Of a stretch of 64,000 nt of DNA, positions 29,794 to 38,903 are shown piece by piece. A model generated the notes under the pieces. It saw only the letters and a list, made by a program, of their open reading frames with translations. It was not told the origin of the DNA and searched no databases. The position numbers and the translations under genes are program-made. The DNA comes from Psammoneis japonica. Its lineage: Eukaryota. Within the stretch, counting starts at the first letter, position 1, and the number at the start of each line of letters is the position of its first letter. Where the stretch lies: positions 62,001 through 126,000 of the forward strand of contig QPGO01000048.1 of NCBI GenBank assembly GCA_008632985.1. The letters run 5' to 3'.

Positions 29794-31206
29794 TCAACCA
29801 TCCCATTCTTCAATGACACGAGGGTACAGACAGTGGTCCATCAACATAAATATCGTGGCCTCATTATCCACATAAGTTTCCAAGCTCCAGTTTTTGAAAG
29901 CTTTTGGTCCCTCTTCGTCAAGACCATGGATATCGATTAGCTCCGTTTCAAAAAACTTGTTTGCGAGGACCACACAATCCAGCAGAGTTTGTGATCGAGA
30001 AATGTCATCCAATTCATCATCAAGTTGAAGCATCTGTTGACTGTAAGTAAGGGCGGCATTCTTTGTCAGTGGATGAGCGCAATTAAGTTCGTTGCAGAGA
30101 CGACGAATAGTCTTTTTGCGGCGCTGCAGAACTGGATCTTTTCGCTTCTTGTTGCTTTTCTTCGTTAAGTTGTTGGTGTGGATGTTTTCTTCGTTCTCTT
30201 GTTCATCCAACGGCAACGCAAGAGGCAACTCAATAACCGTTACTGGTGGTACTTCCATGCCATATTTTGTAAAGAGAGGAGACTGGAGTGCTTGCCTCGC
30301 AGTAAGTCGTTGTTTCGGGTCCACTTCCAACAGTCCCCGAACCAAATTCGCAAACGGTTGATCTGGTAGGGCTTCCTTTGCTTCCTCTATCAGTTTGGCC
30401 GCCTGTTTATTCCTCGACGTAGGTAAGGTTTGGTTGCGAATCATTTCTAGTAAGAGCACTCCTACGCTCCAAAGGTCCGAACTAAGATCGTAGTGTTGAG
30501 AAGAGACGACTTCTGGCGCCTGGTACGTAACCGTTCCGACCTCTCCCGTATGCGTAGTTTCTTCACTTGATCCTTCCTGACGAAAGTAGCTCGATCCCTT
30601 GCCGTACATGGCCCCATTCATAAGCTTTGCTAGACTGAAATCAATCAAGATCGGCTTCCAGGTTGGGGACGATGAATCTCCATCTCGCAACGTGTCGGGT
30701 TCAGCCAGCGTTACATTGGAAGCTTTGATGTCCCTGTGTATTAAGCCGTTGTCATGGAGGTAAGCCACGGCACTCAAGAGTCCATGCGCAATTTCTACCT
30801 TCGAAGAGCGACTTTTTAGCAATCCGTTGTCAATGGCGTCGCCCAACGTGCCTGTCTTGTAAAGAGGCATTGCCATCCCCAGACATCCTTCGGTTCCTGC
30901 ACCATAATCTTCTTCACCTTCATCTGTTTCAGGCGACTTGACATCAACCATTGGAACGATATTTTGATGCCCATTCTCTCCTCTGAGCAATCGTAGAGCA
31001 GAAATCTCCCTCAAGGCACCAAGATCATAGAGCTGAGAATCGTGCTGAGTCTCATCGTCCGCCGACGATTCTTCGTCGTCCAGGAAGAGCTTGAGAGCAT
31101 ACTCTTCTCCGTCATTGTTGTACACAGTCATCACTGATCCATATGTGCCATCTCCAACGGATTCAGCTCGATGATAAGTACTCAACGGCAACGTTCCGGA
31201 TGACAT
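29794..31206 (-). CDS. Intronless CDK-like Ser/Thr kinase with C-terminal cyclin-box-like domain
   Basis: VGDGTYGSV, ALK, ALREISALRLL, IHRDIKASN, DFSLAK, GTVTYQAPE, DLWSVG. The C-terminus has CVVLANKFFE and NEATIFMLMDHCLY. Confidence 0.88.
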   Translation of the reverse strand: MSSGTLPLSTYHRAESVGDGTYGSVMTVYNNDGEEYALKLFLDDEESSADDETQHDSQLYDLGALREISALRLLRGENGHQNIVPMVDVKSPETDEGEEDYGAGTEGCLGMAMPLYKTGTLGDAIDNGLLKSRSSKVEIAHGLLSAVAYLHDNGLIHRDIKASNVTLAEPDTLRDGDSSSPTWKPILIDFSLAKLMNGAMYGKGSSYFRQEGSSEETTHTGEVGTVTYQAPEVVSSQHYDLSSDLWSVGVLLLEMIRNQTLPTSRNKQAAKLIEEAKEALPDQPFANLVRGLLEVDPKQRLTARQALQSPLFTKYGMEVPPVTVIELPLALPLDEQENEENIHTNNLTKKSNKKRKDPVLQRRKKTIRRLCNELNCAHPLTKNAALTYSQQMLQLDDELDDISRSQTLLDCVVLANKFFETELIDIHGLDEEGPKAFKNWSLETYVDNEATIFMLMDHCLYPRVIEEWDG

Positions 31207-32395
31207 TTCGTCTTGGTACCGGAGGGCAAATGCAGCAGAAGTGGTGCCGATGCCGATCCAAGAGATAGATTGTGTAGCCTCTAGAGTAGCGAGCGAGCAT
31301 TTGTACTGAAGCAGTCAGTCAATCAGTGCGGCTTGAGCGTTTTAGAGATCGCTGGACAGACCGTACTAGAAGTACGTAGTTTCTCTTGCCTTCGCGCCCT
31401 ACTGTACGTGCGCGTACGTACGATTGATGTCGCACTGGCGATCAGACCTTCTTCGACGGATCTGTTGCGCTTTCGTGAAGACCTCTCCCACTTCAGATTG
31501 GGCGCGCCGCATGCAGCGCACAGACTGCTCTGGCTCTACTCCAGAGAGCAGAGTCTGTCCACAGTGCCTGTGTGGAGTGGTTTTGAAGCAGTTGCGGTGC
31601 CTGAACCGCTGCAATGGTGATGACGCCATGGTGGAATGACCAACGCCGCGTGCCGTTGCGTTGTGCACTCTGATTGCACTGCACTCCGACCCTTCTTTTG
31701 ATTTGTTTGGCAGAAGCAATGAGGAAAGAAAGGAGAGAGACAAGAAGCTTTGGGATCTTCTGCAGCATCATGTGGTGCTTGGTGAAGGAGCCGACCCAAG
31801 CACGAGGATCTCTCACTTCAATTGCAGGCTCTTGCCAGACAAAGAACTTGTGATTTGCTGCTGGAGTGTGTTGGAACATCTGCGTCATCTGTCGATGCAT
31901 TCGTGGACCCAATGGAGTCTCTCTGGTCATCCTTGTTGGAGGGCATTGTCGATGGAAACAGCTCTTGTGGCACTCACATCTGCAACAAACATGTGTCTTG
32001 GATTCAATGAATTGTCTTTTGAGGCCATGATGAGGCTTTGGAAGTCCTTGTGAGACAGCATTGAAGCCCCAAAACAGGACAAGCTTGAGGATCCTCCTTC
32101 TTCATCCAGCAATGATGGGGTCCAAGAGTTGAGAAAGGACACCGCTTTCTTGTGGCCGCCGTCATCCCAGGAAACAGAAAATTCATTGAAGCACTTGTGT
32201 CCAGAGATGGATGTGGGGAGTCAGGCATCTCATGAGGACACAGAGATGAAGGTTCAAGGCACTCTGAAGTGCGATCCAGAACTTCCTGCTGCGCACTTCT
32301 TGTGGTTCATCAATTGCCTCCACAATGATGAGAGGGTTGGAGCAATCAATGCACTCCACCAGTGCTTTGATTGCACCATGATTCAAGACCGGAAG

Positions 32396-32671
32396 TGACA
32401 GAAATTGAAGGCAAATGGCAAGAATTCAAACAACAACTCCTTGCTGCTGTCTGAACAGCAGATGAGTCTCCGCTCAGAGACCGTTGCAGGAGCCAAAAGA
32501 CGTGCAAGTCGGCACAATCGGGCCACTGTTGTCATTCTTGTGAGCCTTGTGGCTCGAAAGCAAACTGCATCGCGCGCGAACACGCGGAACTAAAGCACAC
32601 AAAACTGTGCGCGGCAAACCAAACAGCGCATGACATTTCGCGCGCACCCAAATCCTGTTCAAATCCTGTCA
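32396..32671 (-). repeat. 3' LTR (276 bp)
   Basis: + strand begins tgacagaaat and ends aaatcctgtca (TGACAG inverted termini). Bases 32396-32514 match 35911-36029. Confidence 0.85.
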
Positions 32672-32680
32672 CTCCCCAGT
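32672..32680 (-). promoter_or_regulatory. Polypurine tract end
   Basis: Minus strand reads ctggggag|tgaca, the typical copia GGGGAG-TG junction. Confidence 0.7.
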
Positions 32681-33224
32681 TTGCTTGAGGAGCCACAGAA
32701 ACAGATTCGACTTTGGATTGACCAAAGAACTTTGGAGTCAAGGCACCAAAAACATGAGGAGACAAGAAAGGATCAAAGTGGGTCATCTTGAGATGAGCTG
32801 CGTCTCCCCAATTGCAGATGTCGTTGTGCTTTTCAAAGCTCAAGGCACACTTGGGATCTTGTGGGATTCCACATCCGCACTTGCAATGGAAGGAGCAAAG
32901 CTTGGTCTGGTTGACAATGTTGAACGGCGGGGCAACATTGCAGGCGGCATGGTGTTTGCACGACTCGGGGAACAGAGCAAGCATGAGTTCAAAGGCACAA
33001 GCGGTGGCCTTGTGTTCCACCAATCCGATTGCAAGCTCAGCTGCATCTCCTGAGAGACTGATCCAATTGGAGAAACGAGTCTCAAGGTGCAAGCCTTCGG
33101 GGATCGGATTGGAGCAAGACATCTTGTGGTGCAAGGCTGCAGACATCTGATTGGGGCAACCAGTCCCATGCTGCAAGGCTTCTGGGATCCAAAAGGACTT
33201 GCCAGTCTTGTGACACGAGTCTTC

Positions 33225-33920
33225 GGGGATCCAATCAGGAGGCCAAGTCTTGAGGTGCGAGACTTGGGGGATCCAATCAGGAGGCCGAGTCTCGTGGCGC
33301 AAGACTTGAGGGATCCAATCCGGAGGCCGAGTCTTGAGGTATGAGACGTGGAGGATCCAATTGGGAGGCCCGGTCTCGAGGCACGAGACGTGGAGAGTCC
33401 AGTTGGGAGGCCTGGTCTCAAGGCACGAGACTTGGGGCATCCGATCAGGAGGCCCAGTTTCGACGTACGAGACTTGAGGCATCCAATCAGGAGGCCCAGT
33501 CTCGAGGTACGACACTTGGGGCATCCAATCAGGAGGCCCAGTCTCGAGGTGCGAGACTTGAGGCATCCAATCAGGGGGCCTGGTCTCGAGGTACGAGACT
33601 TGAGGCATCCAATCAGGAGGCCTGGTCTCGAGGTGCGAGACTTGGGACATCCAATCAGGAGACCTGGTCTCGAGGTACGAGACTTGGGGCATCCAATCAG
33701 GAGGCCCAGTCTCGAGGTACGAGACTTGAGGCATCCAACCAGGAGGCCTGGTCTCGAGGTACGAGACTTGAGGCATCCAATCAGGAGGCCCAGTCTCGAG
33801 GCACGAGACTTGAGGCATCCAATCAGGAGGCCTGGTCTCGAGGTACGAGACTTGAGGCATCCAATCAGGAGGCCTGGTCTCGAGGTGCGAGACTTGGAGC
33901 ATCCGGTCAGGAGGCCTGGT
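33225..33920 (-). repeat. 42-bp coding tandem array, ~16 units (ETRPPDWMPQVSYL)
   Basis: Unit catccaatcaggaggcc(tg/ca)gtctcgaggtacgagacttgagg on the + strand, head to tail with no spacers. Confidence 0.95.
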
Positions 33921-34233
33921 CTCATGGTGCGATGCTTGGAGGATCCGAAGACAACAAAGCTGCTTGGATGTCCTGAACTCCCCATCTGATGAACCGGTTG
34001 AACTGTTGTGAACAGATTCAATGACGGGAAAAGGAGGCCTCGAGACTTGAGGCATCCAATCAGGAGGCCTGGTCTCAAGGTGCGAGACTTGGAGCATCCG
34101 GTCAGGAGGCCTGGTCTCATGGTGCGATGCTTGGAGGATCCGAAGACAACAAAGCTGCTTGGATGTCCTGAACTCCCCATCTGATGAACCAGTTGAACTG
34201 TTGTGAACAGTTTCAATGACGGGAAAAGGAGGC
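33846..34233. repeat. 195-bp tandem duplication (65 aa) within the LTR element
   Basis: 33846-34037 is nearly identical to 34041-34232. Confidence 0.9.
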
Positions 34234-35895
34234 TCCCCATCAGGAGATGCGAGAAGCAAGTTGTCATCTCCATCACTTCCCAGACGAAGACTGTGAAGGG
34301 TGACAGTGGTCAACATGTGGAGGTTGGCAGCATGTGGTTTGCGGGGTGCAAAGACTGCAGCTTTGGAAGCCATGGGTGGAGTGTCCCAACTGGTCTCGAA
34401 GTGCGGGCCTGTGCAAGGGCTGCAATCCTGCACTGGGCCGAGGTTGCTTGCAGGCGGGTTGGTCAAGACATGTGGGGTGCGACTGACACCACTTCTAGGG
34501 GACACCTGAGTGGCGGCACAGTGCAAGGCTGGTGTCAAAATGGCACTGGGTTCACCTGGTTTGGATGGCAAGGGACTCGGCACAGGTGCGGAGGGTGCTG
34601 CGCCAGTGGCCAGAGAGGTCAAGTGGTCCGGACCAAGGCGGCAGTTGCGAAATTCGTCGGGTGTGAGCAACTGGGGTTCATTGGTCACATCATCACCATT
34701 GCAAACTTTGACAAAGTAGAAGCTGATCAAAGCTGCCAGGAGGTTTCTGTGGGTCCATGGCAAAGGCACTGCATTGGCGCCATCTCTGCAAGTGAGGGCG
34801 TCAATTTGGGTGGGTGAGAACGTGAACAACTCCTCGCACGATTCAATCCCATTGATGGACAGGGCAGAATGAAGAGGGCTGTCATCGTCTTGATTGAGCA
34901 CAGTGCCTAGAATGCATTTGAAGCTTTCGGTTTGTTGCTGTCACGTGAGAACCATGACGGAGGACGGTGCAGTAGAAACAAAAGACAGGAACCAATCTAG
35001 AGCGCGATCTTGACTTGGAGTTTTGACTTGGAACTTGGCTTGAAAAAGACTTGACTTGAGCTAGACTTGACTTGAAATCTTGGACCATCTTAAAATCAGA
35101 AGTCGCCGGGTTGTGCTGTCCCGTTCGTTGTCAAGTGCTAAACTTCCCATCCGGTCCGTAGAGTTGTGCCGGCACGTCCGAACCCGCAGCTGGTGGTGCT
35201 TTGGGTTGCTTGCGAGCGGAGCAGCGGGTTGTTAACCCCTGCAGGCAAGCTGACTAGAGGTGGACAAGACCCCCGAACCGTTCTCATTTTATGTCGGTTG
35301 GATTTCCCGATCAGGCTGGCCAGTTGACGCAGGCGTTGGGCGCTGTCGACGAACGAACAAATGCGGGAAAAAACACCCTCACCCCAACGTAGGCTGCAAT
35401 CACGGCTGCTTGCTCTCACAGTCGTCCTCGTGGACCTAGTGGAACTGTAGAGCACCAGCAGTCCGGGGTAGATCAGGTACAATGGACTCGGTGTGCTTGT
35501 AGAGTGGCAGCAAAGCCGCAGTCCAAAGAGTGGGTACAAGTTCTTGGCCGTGAAGATATGTATATATATATGTCTTCAGCGACGAAGATTCTTGAATGTG
35601 TAGGGTTCTTGACCGTTAACCGTTGAATGGGTATACTAAGGGATGAGGATCAAGGATAGACTTGGATATGACCGTTGAATGTATGTCTTCAGCGATGAAA
35701 GGTAGTGTGATCAATCCAGATATCCAGCGGTAAGGAGACTTGACGGTGACGTTAAATTCCTGCCGATGCCTGGTATTGAACGCGCGTAGACTTGCCGATG
35801 TACGTAGAATATATACGGAGGTCCACGCAGAATTGAAAAGGCGTCGTCGGTAAATCAACGACGACGATGGCGGTTGCTCAATGGGTTGACAATGA

Positions 35896-35910
35896 GCAAG
35901 ACTGTTAATC
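35896..35910 (-). promoter_or_regulatory. Putative primer-binding site complementary to the tRNA-Asn(GUU) anticodon arm (half-tRNA priming)
   Basis: + strand gcaaga-ct-GTT-aa-tc directly abuts the 5' LTR. Confidence 0.6.
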
Positions 35911-36029
35911 TGACAGAAATTGAAGGCAAATGGCAAGAATTCAAACAATAACTCCTCACTGCTGTCTAAACAGCAGATGAGTCTCCGCTCAGAGACCGTC
36001 ACAGGAGCCGAAAGATGTGTGAGTCGGCA
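35911..36029 (-). repeat. Truncated 5' LTR (119 bp retained)
   Basis: 109/119 identical to 32396-32514; similarity stops abruptly at 36029. Confidence 0.85.
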
Positions 36030-37454
36030 GTCTCATTGTTCGCTCTTCACTCATCTTTTGGCAACAGGGATCTTTCTTGCAATGCCACAGAGGAGGCTGT
36101 CTGTGTTGCTCAGGCAAGCAGTGACAAAGCATGTGTGGCATGTGCTCTTGGGTGGTTGTGTCACAACAAAGCAAAGCAAGGCACGGGGAGTCAGAGGAGC
36201 TCTTGGAGTGATGTTTGAGTCATGCGGCCAACACAGCAAACTGCGTTCCCTTGCTGGAGGTGTCAACATGGAGCTTGCAAGACACTGTCTCATGCCACCC
36301 TCTCATGATCATCAAGAGCTTTAACAACCCCATGGATTTGAGAGCACAGTTGCTGCAAGGCAATGCTTGGACAGGGCTGGGCTCATCCAAGGCAGGCAGA
36401 AAGCCATTGTGCAACCGTGTGCCACATCTTGCCTTGTCAAAGAGCTCTCCATCAGTGTCTGCAGACCAAACAGGATGCAGTGGATGATCCTGGATAGTGG
36501 GCTCCTTTGGGAGCATTGAAGATGGAAAGGTGATGACAGAATCGTCCCAATCCAGTTTGTCACAAGTGTCACAGCAATTGCTGAAATTGTCAGCATCGTC
36601 CAGTTTGGCCATCTCAACAGAAATCTTGCACCACTCTCTCTGAACTGCAGGACTTGGAACGAATGGAAACATGCATGACAGCAGCAGCAGTGCCAGATGT
36701 GTTCTCAATGGGACAACAATGGAACCCGGCACAGACTGGCATTCCTCTGGTGTGGGGCAGTCATCACAATCCCAAGTGCAAGTCTCACGATGATCAAGAC
36801 TTCAGCATTGATCCCACCCAGCAAAGCCGCGGCAATGCCAATGTCACAAGGGTGACCTCTGTCATGTTAGAGACAATGCTTCAGGAGTGGACTGTTGTCA
36901 GAGTTGTTGAATGCACAAACCCCTTGGCGAAAAAGAAATCAACCAGTCATCTTCTTGCCTCACTCAGTCATTCCCAGTCAACCGATTTGGAAGAAGAGGG
37001 GACACACAACCTTTCTCCAATTCCCATGCTTGTCCATTGCATGAAAACAAGAATGAAATTGAGGTTTGTGTCCCATGTGACAGGTCCATTTCCATCACCA
37101 TTCATCATCCTGATGACACGATTGTGAGGAAAATTCAAGAAACTCACATGGTGGGTGCAGATTTCACTTTTCATTCTAAACCTTTCAGGCATTGACAAAT
37201 GATGCACAAACATTGGCATTGGCCAGACAGAGCTGGTGATTCCAACAGAGCATGTGCAAGCATGTGGTGCTGTGCACTGCAGTCAACAGAGGAAAAGAAT
37301 TAGCCACGCTGAGGAAGTGGTGATGACCATGAGCCCAACAATGGCAAAAGAGGACCAAGACAGTCAACAGAGACAAAGAGAAACAGCAGATGGACTGGAG
37401 AAAGCCACACTGGTTTTGCCCACAGGGACTTGTTGGTGTCATGGACCACAATGT

Positions 37455-37772
37455 GAGGATGCACTTCTTGTAAAAAAAGCACCATTTGAGACGGTGTGGC
37501 AGAACAGCCAGAGCATGAGTTGATCCTTGGCCACCGAAGTGGTCCCCGCAACAAGCGAACCCAATCGGGATTTAGAGACAGGTGGACCAGCTGAGAGATC
37601 CATGCCAGTTTTGCCCATTGGGACTCAGTGGCAACTCAGACCGTAAATCTGAGGATGCAACCCTTGTAAAACAGGCACCATTTGAGATGGTGTGGCAGAA
37701 TGGCCAGAGCACGACTCGATCCTCGGCTGCCAAAGCGGTCCCCGCAAAAGAGCGGACCCAACCAGGATTTGG
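37455..37772. repeat. Diverged ~196-bp tandem duplication
   Basis: gaggatgca..cttgtaaaa..gcaccatttgaga.ggtgtggcagaa occurs at 37455 and 37651. Confidence 0.8.
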
Positions 37773-38903
37773 AGCATGTCCATGCAAGATGGCACCACAT
37801 GGTGTGAACTCAGTCAACATGACAGAGAAGGGTGGGAGGTGCATCCACAAGACAGTGCCAAATGGCATGGTGAAATGGCGCCAATGCACGAGACACTCCC
37901 GACTGCGCAAAAGCAGACCACGCAAGGGATTTTCTGTCAGCTGACAGGAAGGAAGAAAGCCCATTTCAATTTTCATTGTTGGCATCTGCTTGGAGACACC
38001 TTGACAGTTCCATGGTGTCTCCCAACCTGCCAGACAATGAGGGATCCCTTGGGCTGGCCTCATTTCTGGTTTTGCTTGCTCGTCTCATCCATCGTCCATC
38101 CATCATCCGCCCATCATCCTTCCTTCACCCGCTCATTCCTGCTTTCATGCAGTGCTCTTGGTCCAGCCAAGGAGGTCCTCTCATTCTTGGGCTTAGAGTC
38201 TTAGCCACGATTGCGAGATTTTTTGTCTTGCCATCATCTCCGCTCTTTTTGAGCTCAGCGCGTTTTGTGTCTGGTCGTCGCATGGCACATTCTTTGCGCT
38301 CAGGCTTGCAAGATTTTTCATCTTGCCATTGTCCATTCTTTTTTTAATCAGCGGATTTTTAGTCTGGCCATCATGCAACAATTGATTGTCTGGTTGTCAT
38401 CCACAATCCGTGCACTTGCAAGTTGCAAGGTGTCCGTTTCGTTCGTTCTTCTCTCTCTCTCTCTCTAAAAAACAACATGTCAAAACTCAAGCACAGTGGT
38501 TGCTCGTCACTCTGAATGACATCAACAAGCCATCCATTGACACAAACACACAAACAGCAATGTGGGTGAAGAACAAGCATGCAGGAATTTGGCGTGTCGA
38601 TTCAAAACCCGTCCTGTTGTCCTTCCTGCAGATTGTTCAGACGGGAGGAGAGTGTGACTTCGCTCAGGTCACCATAAACAAAATTTTTGTGCCTTCCTCG
38701 CTGAAATTAGTCCTGGTAAAGTTTCCGGCCTTGGTGAATACAAAGTGGACACAGATGACCGGAAGAACCACTGTGCCATTAATGACATTCTCATCTATCT
38801 CAGTCCGTCTTCAGTCAGTCTGTCCGTCATCAATCCTTGTCGTCGTCCCTCCGTCGTCCGGTAGTCCGGAAGGTGGATGCAATACAGTAATGGACGATGG
38901 ACG

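Larger units (their letters stand above)
32396..36029 (-). mobile_element. Non-autonomous, internally deleted copia/CoDi-like LTR retrotransposon
   Basis: Full 3' LTR with TGACAG terminal inverted repeats, a PPT, a partial 5' LTR and a PBS. ORF 34901-32532 starts gag-like (LNQDDDSPLHSAL) and has a pre-RT relic (KCGCGIPQDPKCALSFEKHND..W.DA). No RT or integrase core. Confidence 0.85.
31430..38670. other. TpA-depleted repeat domain 2, containing an LTR element and an unmutated island at ~34900-35910
   Basis: Same near-absence of TA as in domain 1. CpG loss varies: strong at 36050-37450, weak at 32500-34900 and at the edges. Confidence 0.9.

Noticed and set aside
33225..33920. CRISPR-like array
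   Set aside because: Units are contiguous with no unique spacers, lie in frame inside a retroelement ORF, and there are no cas genes in this eukaryotic DNA.
35896..35915. tRNA-Asn gene
   Set aside because: Only the anticodon arm is present, with no D arm, T arm or acceptor stem; better read as a PBS.
16415..38670. Classical fungal RIP or simple 5mC decay as the full explanation
   Set aside because: RIP raises TpA and lowers CpA/TpG, the reverse of this pattern. CpG deamination cannot change Tyr codons to Cys/His.
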